From: Candidatus Obscuribacteraceae bacterium | GTDB taxonomy: Bacteria; Cyanobacteriota; Vampirovibrionia; Obscuribacterales; Obscuribacteraceae | Reading direction: 5' to 3' | Assembly: GCA_044226015.1 (NCBI GenBank) | Contig: JBGAHS010000007.1 | Coordinates: 64,001-128,000, forward strand | Length of the DNA: 64,000 nt | Shown: piece after piece, positions 38,693 through 48,377 of the stretch | Numbering within the stretch: position 1 is the first letter of the stretch | Layout: each line of letters starts with the position of its first letter | Position numbers and translations under genes: made by a program | Notes under the pieces: generated by a model | What the model saw: the letters and a program-made list of their open reading frames with translations, nothing else | What the model was told of the DNA's origin: nothing | Databases searched by the model: none

Positions 38693-40624
38693 CTAATCCT
38701 GATTCTCCGCGATTGAGTCGATGTCTTCAATTTCTGCTACTGCTTCTGCATCTTCTATTTGTTCGGATGGTTCAGCTGGGTGCAAGTGGTAATAGATTTT
38801 TTCTGCAACGGCTTCTGGAATGCCAGAAATTGATTTTAAGTCGTCGATGCTCGCTTTTTTTAGTCGGTCGAAACTGTTGAAATTGAGCATCAGAATTTTT
38901 CGGCGAGCTGCGCCTACGTTCGGTAAATCGTCAAAGCCAGATGCAAGTGTGCGCTTTGCTCGCAACTTTCGGTGGAAGGTAACTGCAAATCTGTGGGCTT
39001 CGTCGCGCACCCGTTGCAAAAGAAAAAGTCCCTCGCTTCGTCGCGGCAGCAGAAATGGCATTGAGCGACCAGGCTTATAAACTTCTTCTTGTTTCTTTGC
39101 AAGTCCGACTATGTCTTGTCCTGCTATCTCTAGCTCTGCAAGCGCCTCGCAGGCTGCATTGAGCTGCCCCTTTCCACCGTCTATTATTATTAGTTCTGGA
39201 AATGCTTTTGACTCATCCTTCAATCTTTTGTAGCGGCGCCCGACCACTTCTTTCATCGAAGCAAAGTCATTCGGTTCACCTTCTACACTCTTTATTTTGA
39301 AAGTTCTGTAGTCTGATTTCTTTGCGACGCCGTTTTCGAAAACAACCATGCTCGCTACGTTATCGGTTCCCTGGATATTAGAGATGTCGAAGCACTCTAT
39401 GCGAGCAGGAGGTTTAGATAGCTGAAGATCCTCCTGCAATTTGACCAGCAATTCCATAACTTTCGCATTTGCACCATGCGTTTCTTTGAGGTAATTTTCC
39501 AAAGTCATGCTCGCATTCTTTTGCGCCATCTCGACTAACTTAAGTTTGTCGCCGCGCTCGGGCACGAGAATTTTTACAGAACGTTTGGCTTTCTGTGGCA
39601 AGATTTCTTCAAGCAAACTTTTATCTTCAACATCATGTTGCAGAAGAACCTCTCTCGGAATTGAGATGTCTTCACACTCGTTGTAATACTGTTCTATGAA
39701 TGATTGATATGCTTCTTCGTGAGGTGTTTTTTCTACAAGTTGCATCTCGAATGTTTCTGAGCCAGTCAGCTTTCCTTCTCGCACCTTCATCAAGCAAATG
39801 ATGATAGACCGCTCGGTGTGCGCCTCAGAGATAATGTCCATGCTTACACTCTGGTCTTTGAAAAAGACTTGCTGCTTTTCCAAAATCGAACGTAAAGCCA
39901 GAAGTCTGTCTCTAATTTTTGCGGCTTCTTCGAACTTCAGCGCCTCAGCCGCAAGCTCCATTTCTTTTTCCATCTTATCGACAGCTTGCTTTTGCGAGCC
40001 AGAGAGAAAGAGTTCGACCTGCTGCACCATCTTGTTGTAGAAGTCTTCTTCAACAAGATTTTGACACGGTCCGAGGCAGAGCCCTATGTGATAGTTCATG
40101 CATGGACGGTCTTTGAAAAATGGTGTACGTCGCTGGCGCATTGGAAAAACTTTGCGCAGCACTTTCACCGTTTCCCACATCAAGCCTGTCTCGACATAAG
40201 GTCCAAAAAGTTTTGCCTTAGGATGCGATTTCTTATGTCTTACGGGGTCTCGAACCATCGTGAGTCGTGGGAATTTTTCCGCATAGTCGATGCAAAGCCA
40301 GGGGTATTTTTTGTCGTCTTTCAGGTGAACGTTGTACCGCGGCATGTGCTTGCGTACTAGCGTTGCCTCCAGCAGTAGCGCCTCTTTTTCCGAATTAGTG
40401 ATAATCGTTTCTATATCTTCAATTTTCGGAACGAGCACTGCGAGCTTTGGCCGGTCAAGCCAGGAGGTTGAGTTCCAATATGAACGCACTCGCGATTTTA
40501 ATGACAATGCCTTGCCAATATAAATGATGGATTGGGTCTTGTCCTTGAATATGTAAACACCCGGCTGGTCGGGCAAAGCCGCCAGCTGCTCGTATATTCT
40601 GGAGGTGGAGTCTGAAGTCTTCAT
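38693..40624 (-). CDS. uvrC: Excinuclease ABC subunit C
   Basis: GIY-YIG (PGVY...YIGKA), RIECFDISN, IIDGGKGQ, RDEAHRFA, HhH tail. Confidence 0.97.
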   Translation of the reverse strand: MKTSDSTSRIYEQLAALPDQPGVYIFKDKTQSIIYIGKALSLKSRVRSYWNSTSWLDRPKLAVLVPKIEDIETIITNSEKEALLLEATLVRKHMPRYNVHLKDDKKYPWLCIDYAEKFPRLTMVRDPVRHKKSHPKAKLFGPYVETGLMWETVKVLRKVFPMRQRRTPFFKDRPCMNYHIGLCLGPCQNLVEEDFYNKMVQQVELFLSGSQKQAVDKMEKEMELAAEALKFEEAAKIRDRLLALRSILEKQQVFFKDQSVSMDIISEAHTERSIIICLMKVREGKLTGSETFEMQLVEKTPHEEAYQSFIEQYYNECEDISIPREVLLQHDVEDKSLLEEILPQKAKRSVKILVPERGDKLKLVEMAQKNASMTLENYLKETHGANAKVMELLVKLQEDLQLSKPPARIECFDISNIQGTDNVASMVVFENGVAKKSDYRTFKIKSVEGEPNDFASMKEVVGRRYKRLKDESKAFPELIIIDGGKGQLNAACEALAELEIAGQDIVGLAKKQEEVYKPGRSMPFLLPRRSEGLFLLQRVRDEAHRFAVTFHRKLRAKRTLASGFDDLPNVGAARRKILMLNFNSFDRLKKASIDDLKSISGIPEAVAEKIYYHLHPAEPSEQIEDAEAVAEIEDIDSIAENQD

Positions 40625-40698
40625 GTCATGATTCAGGCGGGCGTAAATGAGGCGCCCTCATCAATATCATATCCAAAACGGCAAATCAAATGATGAAA

Positions 40699-42120
40699 TC
40701 AGGCTTTAGCGGCTGCCTTCAGAAGGTCTGGCATTGCTTTCTCCAGCGCTTCTGTAAGATAGTCGGCTTCTATGACTTCCATGTCTTTGAATTTTGTTTT
40801 GCTAGATTTTGCGTTGCGCGGAATGATGGCTCGTCTGAAGCCCAAGCTTGAAGCTTCTTTCAATCGTCTTTCTAGATTGGCTACTGAGCGAATTTCGCCT
40901 GACAAACCAATCTCACCGATGCAAGCTAGAAGAGGATCTACCGAGCGGTCCATGCACGAAGTCGCCACAGCCAGGGCTACTCCAAGGTCGCCTCCGGGGT
41001 CATTACATTCCAGTCCACCCACAATGTTCACATATACATCTTGTTTGCCGATGGGCAGTCCGACTCGCTTTTCGAGAACTGCAAGAATTTGCGCCAGGCG
41101 ACCTGAGTCAAAACCGTTGGAAACTCGTCTTGGTGCTGCCAGGCTGCTTGCGCTCACCAGAGCCTGAACTTCCAGCAGCAGCGAACGATGTCCCTGGCAC
41201 GAAGCGATGACCGCAGTGCCCGAAGGCGAACGCTCACCCGGTTTCTTCTCCAGTCTGGGTCCCAAAAAAATTACGCTGGGGTTGGTGACTTCCTCCAGTC
41301 CATCTTCCGACATTGTGAATATCGCAAGTTCTTGCGTTGAACCAAAACGATTTTTCACAGCACGCACGGTGCGGAGCTGCCGAGTGCAATCGCCCTCGAA
41401 TTGCAGCACAACATCAACCATATGTTCCAAAACTCGCGGACCGGCAATTGAACCATCTTTGGTGACATGCCCGACGATGACAGTTGCGATACTGGCAGAT
41501 TTCGCCAGGTTTACGATGGCGCCAGCGCTCTCTCTGACCTGGCTTACAGAGCCCGGTGCGCTTTCGATTTCTGGATGATATACAGCTTGTACGCTGTCTA
41601 TTACTGCAAACTGTGCTTTGTTTGCCACGATTTGTTTTTGTATTTGCGACACATTTTGCTCGCTGTCGATGAGCATATTGCTGCTGCCCAAGCCCAGGCG
41701 TCGTGCGCGCAACAAGACCTGCTTGCTCGACTCTTCCGCTGATACATACAAGGTTCGCAATTCTTGTGAGAGCCGCCCCGCTAGTTCTAACAAGAGTGTC
41801 GATTTGCCGATGCCAGGGTCGCCAGCCAGCAATATAACTGCGCCTGGGACGATGCCACCGCCCAGCACTTCATCAAGCGATGAGAATCCAGTCGAGTAGC
41901 GCAAATCATCGTTCAATTCCACCGAGGTCAACAGTGTGGGTCCGTCCGACTGGGTTTCTGGAAAGGCGCCGCGGGCTCTCAACGGCATCGACTCTTGCTG
42001 CTTTGCAGTGTCCAGTTCCTCAACAAAAGAATTCCAGGAAGAACATTCAGTACATCGACCAAGCGGTTTTGAAGTCGAAAAACCACATTCCTGACAGACC
42101 CATTTCGTTTTTGTTTTCAT
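40699..42120 (-). CDS. radA: DNA repair protein RadA/Sms
   Basis: CQECG...CTEC zinc finger, GDPGIGKST, KNRFG motif, Lon-like C-terminus; probable ATG at 42120 (ORF track 42201). Confidence 0.97.
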   Translation of the reverse strand: MKTKTKWVCQECGFSTSKPLGRCTECSSWNSFVEELDTAKQQESMPLRARGAFPETQSDGPTLLTSVELNDDLRYSTGFSSLDEVLGGGIVPGAVILLAGDPGIGKSTLLLELAGRLSQELRTLYVSAEESSKQVLLRARRLGLGSSNMLIDSEQNVSQIQKQIVANKAQFAVIDSVQAVYHPEIESAPGSVSQVRESAGAIVNLAKSASIATVIVGHVTKDGSIAGPRVLEHMVDVVLQFEGDCTRQLRTVRAVKNRFGSTQELAIFTMSEDGLEEVTNPSVIFLGPRLEKKPGERSPSGTAVIASCQGHRSLLLEVQALVSASSLAAPRRVSNGFDSGRLAQILAVLEKRVGLPIGKQDVYVNIVGGLECNDPGGDLGVALAVATSCMDRSVDPLLACIGEIGLSGEIRSVANLERRLKEASSLGFRRAIIPRNAKSSKTKFKDMEVIEADYLTEALEKAMPDLLKAAAKA

Positions 42121-42351
42121 CGGTGCTCGCGCTGTGAAGAAGAAAGTCTTCGCCATTCTAACGAATTTTCCCGTACTGGGCGTTATTTTCAGCAAAGGCA
42201 AAAGTGGCTAATTTGCAACTGACAACGCCTGTTTTTGCGTGTTATCCCCAATGATATATGGAAACTAATTTGACCTTCTTGCGCACTGGATATATGGTCT
42301 GGAAAGGAAGATTTGAAGGCAGATGATATTCTGCTCAATGGGGGTATCGAT

Positions 42352-42642
42352 ATGTTGACCACTGTTATTTTGCCGTTATTGGTAACCTATAACATCCAGG
42401 CGCCCTCTGTCGCAGAGGTTCAGTGTGCGAAACCTGTGACTAACATCTTCAAGCTTGCTGCTGAGAAACGCACAGAGTTTCTCGCTGGTGGCAAGCGCAA
42501 GGCGCCGGGCCCAGACCACGGTGATGACCCGAACGATGAGCAACATGATGGCGGCTTGCCAGCTAACAAAGAAGCCGGAAATGGTTTCCCTTCGAGCGAT
42601 CCATACAATGACACCTTGCCAAACGGAAGAAAGCCGTACTAA
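42352..42642 (+). CDS. Small hypothetical protein, possibly secreted, with disordered acidic C-terminus
   Basis: ATG at 42352 with GGGGG RBS; hydrophobic N-terminus; 6 bp upstream of lgt. Confidence 0.55.
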   Translation: MLTTVILPLLVTYNIQAPSVAEVQCAKPVTNIFKLAAEKRTEFLAGGKRKAPGPDHGDDPNDEQHDGGLPANKEAGNGFPSSDPYNDTLPNGRKPY

Positions 42643-42648
42643 AAGTTC

Positions 42649-43503
42649 GTGCCAACAATAATTCTTCAGTCGCCCGGTGCGCTAATCTGTAAAATCGGAA
42701 GCCTGAGCATACGCTGGTACAGCATAACGTATGCGGTGGGTTTTCTTTCGGCGAGTTATTTTGCGGGCAAGCTGGCGCAAAGATATAAAATAGAAAGCGA
42801 GAAGCTCACAAACCTGATGCTTCTCGCTTTTATTGCGGGCATCCTCGGCGGGCGCCTGTACTATGTTGCTTTGAAATGGGACGAATTTGCAATCAATCCG
42901 CAAGACATACTTGCCACATGGAAGGGCGGTATGTCCATTCACGGTGGTATCATCGGCGGTTTCATTGCTGGTGTATTGTATGCGCACTATGCTCGTCTGC
43001 CGAAAAGGCAAGTTGCCGACATAGTGGCATCAGTGCTGCCGCTCGGGCAGGCAATTGGGCGTTGGGGGAACTTTTTCAATTCTGAAGCGTTCGGTGGACC
43101 TGTTCCAGAAGGCTTTCCTCTGGCGGTGTTCATTCCGGCTGAAGCTCGCCCACCTGTTTATGCCAGCAATGAATTATTCCATGCAACTTTCTTGTATGAG
43201 TCAGTTTGGGATTTTGGTATCTTTGCGCTTCTATATTTTTACTTGAGCAAACGTTTGCAACGGGTGCCAGGTGTTTGCTTCCTTGTGTATCTCGCCCTGT
43301 ATAACATCGGCAGGTTGATGATTGAACCTCTCCGCTCTGACAGTATTATGGCGGGGCAAATTCCCGTGCCGATTATAGCGAGTGCGGTGCAGTTGCTTCT
43401 TGCGGTGGTTCTGGTGCCGGTTCTTGTGCATTATGCAAAGACGCATCCGCAGGTTGAGAATGCGGCTAATATAGAGTCAGAGACGGCTGAGCAGGTAAAG
43501 TAG
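42649..43503 (+). CDS. lgt: Prolipoprotein diacylglyceryl transferase
   Basis: IRWY, GGRLYYV, GGMSIHGG, GRWGNFFNSEAFG, HATFLYES. Confidence 0.95.
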   Translation: MPTIILQSPGALICKIGSLSIRWYSITYAVGFLSASYFAGKLAQRYKIESEKLTNLMLLAFIAGILGGRLYYVALKWDEFAINPQDILATWKGGMSIHGGIIGGFIAGVLYAHYARLPKRQVADIVASVLPLGQAIGRWGNFFNSEAFGGPVPEGFPLAVFIPAEARPPVYASNELFHATFLYESVWDFGIFALLYFYLSKRLQRVPGVCFLVYLALYNIGRLMIEPLRSDSIMAGQIPVPIIASAVQLLLAVVLVPVLVHYAKTHPQVENAANIESETAEQVK

Positions 43504-43607
43504 CTGCAGTGACTTGTTCTGCTGGATTTTGTGCACTATGCAAACACGCATCTGTTTGCTGAGAACACTGCTAATGCAGAGAGAGAAGTTGCGGAGTTGG
43601 TAGGTAG

Positions 43608-43817
43608 TCGCCTGCTTTTCTGAGGTTTTTGTGTTGCGAGTCAGCACGCTTATACCCTTTCGAAGCAACCAAATAGATAAGTGTGGCGGCAACGCTCCAG
43701 TACAAGAGGTGAATCGCCTGCTTTTCTGAGGAGTGCGTGTTGCGAGTCAGCATGCTTATCTGCCCTTTCGAAGCAAACCAAAATAGATAAGGATGGCGGC
43801 AACGCTCCAATACAAGA
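43608..43817. repeat. Imperfect ~105-bp tandem duplication covering the 3' end of the GT87 gene
   Basis: Copy A 43608-43707 and copy B 43714-43817 both run TCGCCTGCTTTTCTGAGG...CCCTTTCGAAGCA...GGCGGCAACGCTCCARTACAAGA. Confidence 0.9.
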
Positions 43818-45123
43818 ATGTAAGTTGCGCGTATATCATGAGCGCCAGTGGTTGTACGTAGAAAAAGAGCCAGGACAGCGGTACAAAATTCACGAACATT
43901 GCGCGAATCCTTCGCCCGGCTGCGTCTTTTGAGTCAATATTTCCAAGAATCAAGACCGCTGGAAGAGCAAGCAGAACATAGTCTTGAACATGAGTGTGAG
44001 GACTTGCTATTAGTGCAATGATTAAAGCTAGAGCAATTGCGTAATCGATTCTCCTTTGGGAGTCGTCCGGATTTGGGCTCACTCTTGAACTGTGGTTTGC
44101 ATCTGAGTTCGCGTCAGATTCAGCGTGGGAGTGCACGGCGCTTGTGTCGGCGCTGGCGGTCTGTTCTTTAGCAGCGGTGAAGAGCTGCCAGGCTGAGAAA
44201 ACTGAGGCTATGCCAAAAAGTCCCACAACAATTTTCTTTAGAGTTCCACTATCCTCTCTAAAGAAAAGGACCATTTCGCCACGAATGTTCTGCATCATGA
44301 ATGCAGAAACGCCACTAACAGCGGTGCCGGTTTCTCCTGAAATTAGGGAGTGTGGATAGTTCACGATTGTGTTCCATCCCAGAACAAACGCACTAAGCCC
44401 GATGAGAATTGCAAGTGCAAGACCCAGCGTTAATGCAAATTTTAGCCTGCCAAAAATTACACCAATGAGGAAAAACATCGGTGCGTATTGCAGTTTAACC
44501 ATCAGAATTGATGCGCTCAATCCTGCAGCAATGAAGCGATGCTCTTTTAGAAAACTAATGAAGAAAGTTGCTGCGGCGAGAAGGAAAAAGGATGTTTGCC
44601 CCAATTCAACGGTCAACCATGCAGGGTAAGAACTCATGAAGAATGCAAGTAGCTTCTTGCGTTCGAGTGCTTCCATTCCCAATTGTTTTGCCAGGCGATT
44701 GAGCCCAAGTAAACTCAGCCCAGCACCTAGTAGGTTCCATACTATCCACGCCAGATTCATTGGCACCAGTGACAGTGGCATCGTAAGTAAGAAAAAATAA
44801 GGAGGATATTGCAAGTAAAAGGGTTGTTCTGGAACGATCGGCGCGATTAGTTTATTGAAGTGCTCGCTCTGTACCTTTATGTCGTAGATGTCGAGCTTCT
44901 CTCCGGTCAGGCATTCTTTCGCCAGGACGCCAGCGTTGTATACGTTCGTGAAGTCGCTTACATAAGGTCTTCCATCAATCAATCTGGCAAATAGGGTTCC
45001 CTTGTACATAAACTCGCCGAGTTTTGCGTAGCACAAAACTCCCCAGGAAAACAGCGCGCAGAGAAGGGCAAACTGCACCAGCGCTTTTTGCTTTTGTTTA
45101 TCCTGCACTGATCTTCCTTTCAC
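43756..45123 (-). CDS. Glycosyltransferase family 87 (DUF2029, GT-C) membrane protein
   Basis: SDF..Y, YPPYF, GQTS, KLQ and SPHTHVQDY motifs; many TM helices. Confidence 0.85.
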   Translation of the reverse strand: MKGRSVQDKQKQKALVQFALLCALFSWGVLCYAKLGEFMYKGTLFARLIDGRPYVSDFTNVYNAGVLAKECLTGEKLDIYDIKVQSEHFNKLIAPIVPEQPFYLQYPPYFFLLTMPLSLVPMNLAWIVWNLLGAGLSLLGLNRLAKQLGMEALERKKLLAFFMSSYPAWLTVELGQTSFFLLAAATFFISFLKEHRFIAAGLSASILMVKLQYAPMFFLIGVIFGRLKFALTLGLALAILIGLSAFVLGWNTIVNYPHSLISGETGTAVSGVSAFMMQNIRGEMVLFFREDSGTLKKIVVGLFGIASVFSAWQLFTAAKEQTASADTSAVHSHAESDANSDANHSSRVSPNPDDSQRRIDYAIALALIIALIASPHTHVQDYVLLALPAVLILGNIDSKDAAGRRIRAMFVNFVPLSWLFFYVQPLALMIYAQLTFLYWSVAAILIYFGLLRKGR

Positions 45124-45169
45124 GGTCTGTTGTATCTGTGAATCACCAAGTAACTTTCGGCAGAATAAT

Positions 45170-46168
45170 TCACGAGTTCAATTTTGACAAGAATGAATTC
45201 CAAGATTCAGGATTCACCAAATTGCTCGGCATTCTCTTGTGAAATGAATTGTTGACTGCATCTACTGCTAGCTGACCCATCGCAGTGCGGGTTTCAATTG
45301 TTGCGCTGCCGATATGCGGAAGAAGCGTCACGTTGTCTAGTTCAAGCAAGCCCGGGTGAATCGCTGGCTCGTTTTCATATACGTCTAGCCCTGCACCGTA
45401 TATGGTTCCATCCTTTAATGCTTGGACCAACGCCGCTTCATCTACAACAGGGCCGCGTGAAGTGTTGATGAGAATGGCGGAAGGCTTCATAGCCTTAAAT
45501 TCTTGATGCGAAATCAGATGCCTTGTTTCAGGCATAAGCGGGCAATTTATAGATATGAAGTCTGCTGAATTGAATAGTTCGTCCTTGCTAACATATTTCG
45601 CTTTAAGTTCGGACTCTAACGCTTCATTTACTCGATTTCTCTGAGTGTATAGCACCTTCATGGAAAAGCCGAGCGCCCTTCTTGCAACAGCCTGACCGAT
45701 TCTTCCGAAGCCGATGATGCCGAGCGTTTTATGATGAACGTCAGTACCCAGCAAAAGGTCAAGTGCAAATCGCTGCCAGCGCCCCTGTCGCAAAAAACTC
45801 TCAGCATTCGTGCTTCGTCGCGCTGCAGACAAAATCAAAGTAAATGCCAGGTCAGCTGTGGTTTCCGTCAATACACCCGGTGTGTTGCTGACGATGATTC
45901 CGCGCGTGATGGCTTCATTGAGGTCAATGTTGTCGTAACCCACAGCGACGTTTGCTACAAGTTTTACTGAGGGGCACGCGTTGAAGAATTTCGCATCGAT
46001 TTTGTTTGTAAGAACTGAAATTACTGCGTCCTTGCCATGGGCCCGCTTCAGCAGCTCTTCTTGGGAGTATGGATCTCCTCTGTTTATTTCCATTTCAAAT
46101 CCCTCAGTCAGGCAGTTTTCTGTATTGCCTGGCAGCGAACTGCAAATTAGTACTTTGGGTTTATTCAT
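45170..46168 (-). CDS. D-isomer-specific 2-hydroxyacid dehydrogenase (glyoxylate/hydroxypyruvate reductase)
   Basis: VGYDNID, NTPGVLTETTAD, GFGRIG, INTSRG, LDVYENEP, PHIGSAT. Confidence 0.95.
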   Translation of the reverse strand: MNKPKVLICSSLPGNTENCLTEGFEMEINRGDPYSQEELLKRAHGKDAVISVLTNKIDAKFFNACPSVKLVANVAVGYDNIDLNEAITRGIIVSNTPGVLTETTADLAFTLILSAARRSTNAESFLRQGRWQRFALDLLLGTDVHHKTLGIIGFGRIGQAVARRALGFSMKVLYTQRNRVNEALESELKAKYVSKDELFNSADFISINCPLMPETRHLISHQEFKAMKPSAILINTSRGPVVDEAALVQALKDGTIYGAGLDVYENEPAIHPGLLELDNVTLLPHIGSATIETRTAMGQLAVDAVNNSFHKRMPSNLVNPESWNSFLSKLNS

Positions 46169-47817
46169 GAGTTTGCGAGTTTTGCCTCTTGTGGATGCGC
46201 TGCGATTTGTTCTTCAAGTACCTGAACTTCAACTTGTGTCCTGTATGTATCCCACCCCAGAAGTGATGCCATCGCTTCTGCAACTCTCGGCGCAGCTTCC
46301 ATGGACAATTTCTTGCTCAGCATTGCGAGCCTTGTCCGGCGTAGTAAAACGTCTTGCAGCGAGACTGCCATCTCTGAAATAACTGCATACGGAAGCTCTG
46401 CCATTATTGGCGGGAAGTCAGGAATTATGCGAGCCTTCAAGCTTTCTTTTCGCTCAACGAGATCGACAATGTCGATTGCGCTTGCTCCATAGCTGGAAAG
46501 CAAGTGGCGAATACATGCTGGTTCTATTCCGACGCGCCTTGCCTTTGCTTCAATGTGCGAGCTGCTTGCGAGGAAGTCGTCTTTCGATGTCCAGCCGCCA
46601 ATCATCTCGGTTTGGTTGACTTTGATTGTTTCTAGATTGAGACTCGCTTTCTTGCTTACTTTTCGCAGAAGCTCATTGCTAAATTTGGCAAAGCAATCGA
46701 GTCTTCCCATGAATGCTGTGAAAACGCCTTCATCTGATTCGAAAATGGCGCAGTTTTGCAGTCCTGACAAATTCTGCGGGCAAGACGATTTTATTCGGGA
46801 TGAAACGCAGGTGATGGTTGAACGAACGTCGGATTGGCTCAATTTGTCAGTCTTTGTGAATTCGTTAACAGAGTTGAGTAATTGGTTTACAGTTGCGGTT
46901 TCGCAATTGCTGTCTTCCGCTGTGCCGCTAAACTCTGTTTCTGCTGATCCTATAAGTAATGCATGATGCCATGGCATAACATAAACGTGCCCACCAAGTT
47001 TAGTGGGAAGAAGAAGCCCCGAGTTCGTTTCAAATGATGATGCAGGAACCACAACTTGCGTGATCTTCACTTTTGAGAAGTAATCGATGTATTCAGCAGC
47101 TGCGCTGGGAAGAAGTTTACTGGTTTCCGGGGCCCATGCTCCGGTGGCGTTCACAACAGCTCTGGCACTCACTCTTAAATCAGCACCGAGGTATCGATCG
47201 CGTACTGCTGCGGCGAATGTCTGGTCAGCTTCTCTGCTTAGTGCGCAGACCTCTGCATAATTGATTACAGTTGCACCAAGGTTCTGGGCGTCATTTATGA
47301 GCCCTAAAACGAAGCGGCTGTCGTCTGTAATTAGTTCTGAAAACTGGATGCCACCACTGGTGAGGTCTACATTCAGAGCAGGTACCAGGTTACTTAGTTT
47401 CTGCTTATTTAGAAGCGTGTTGGATTGGGCTTGTCCGCTTGAGACCGAAAATACCTCATTGAGAGTAATTCCAGCGCTTGCTTTCAAATTGAAGAACGTA
47501 TTGTTTTGTAGCAGTGGCAGAGCTAATGATATTTCCCGAACTAAATGTGGTGCCAATTTCTTGAGGCTCTCTGCATCGCTCAAGTATTGCTTATTTGGTT
47601 TCAGGTGCGCCTGGGGCTCTGGTGCTTTACCGTGGATAAGCTGATTGCTGCGGCTTGATGCTCCAGAGGCAAAGTCTGACTTGTCGATGAGCAACGGTTT
47701 GAGACCTCTAGCAGCAGCTTCTCTAGCAAGTGCGGCACCTGTGAGACCCGCTCCGATGATAAGCAAGTCAAAAATGGTTTCTTTTACGCGAGCAATGTTC
47801 TCGTTTCTGTCCTTCAT
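46165..47817 (-). CDS. glpD: FAD-dependent glycerol-3-phosphate dehydrogenase-like protein (diverged GlpD family)
   Basis: FDLLIIGAGLTG, DFASGASSRS..LIHG, VVNATGAW, EMAVSLQDVLLRRTRL; probable ATG at 47817 (ORF track 47883). Confidence 0.8.
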   Translation of the reverse strand: MKDRNENIARVKETIFDLLIIGAGLTGAALAREAAARGLKPLLIDKSDFASGASSRSNQLIHGKAPEPQAHLKPNKQYLSDAESLKKLAPHLVREISLALPLLQNNTFFNLKASAGITLNEVFSVSSGQAQSNTLLNKQKLSNLVPALNVDLTSGGIQFSELITDDSRFVLGLINDAQNLGATVINYAEVCALSREADQTFAAAVRDRYLGADLRVSARAVVNATGAWAPETSKLLPSAAAEYIDYFSKVKITQVVVPASSFETNSGLLLPTKLGGHVYVMPWHHALLIGSAETEFSGTAEDSNCETATVNQLLNSVNEFTKTDKLSQSDVRSTITCVSSRIKSSCPQNLSGLQNCAIFESDEGVFTAFMGRLDCFAKFSNELLRKVSKKASLNLETIKVNQTEMIGGWTSKDDFLASSSHIEAKARRVGIEPACIRHLLSSYGASAIDIVDLVERKESLKARIIPDFPPIMAELPYAVISEMAVSLQDVLLRRTRLAMLSKKLSMEAAPRVAEAMASLLGWDTYRTQVEVQVLEEQIAAHPQEAKLANS

Positions 47818-48377
47818 TTTTCTGCGACCAATGAGAGGTGGCTGCCGTTCGACTCCGGCATTGTTAGTGCTATTAGCCAACATTATAGGCTAAGCACAGT
47901 TAACGAGATCGCGCTGGAAAGATTTGTTCTAACGAGTTTTACAGCAGTGCCAATTGGAACAGAAGCATTTCGATCTGCATCTTGACATGTAGGTCTATAA
48001 TTCCACTTCTAAGGCGAAATTAGCTATTTTTGAGAAAGTGTTTTTGCATTCGGCTTAATACGATTAGACGCCGCTCAGAATCGCTTTGAGAAAGTCATTA
48101 TTATAAATTTCTGGCTTTTGCGATCATGATGGACAAAAAGTCAGGTGGTTTGTTTCTTGAAGACCATGGTGAAGTTATCTGACATTGATTTCTGGGTGCT
48201 TAGCAACCTTAAGATTTGGCCATCTAGGTTGAACTATCGAATAACAACTAGGAAAATTGGTCATTGTCGGTTTTCAGGCCGACTTCGATTGTGATGGCTG
48301 AAGATTCGCATTTGTATTTTGCATATCAACAGAGCACAACGAAAAACGTCAATCGGAACCCTGGTGTACAGAAACAG

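Noticed and set aside
38412..38730. ORFs 38412..38660 and 38518..38730
   Set aside because: Short, overlapping each other and uvrC, with no recognisable motif.
40269..40282. Partial operator match TGGGAATTTTTCCG
   Set aside because: Single unpaired site inside uvrC coding sequence; likely chance.
43608..43817. Diversity-generating retroelement VR/TR pair
   Set aside because: Differences include indels and non-adenine changes, the target is a membrane glycosyltransferase tail, and no reverse transcriptase is in the window.
47982..48001. TTGACA...TATAAT sigma70 promoter
   Set aside because: The hexamers are only 8 bp apart, far from the 16-18 bp required.
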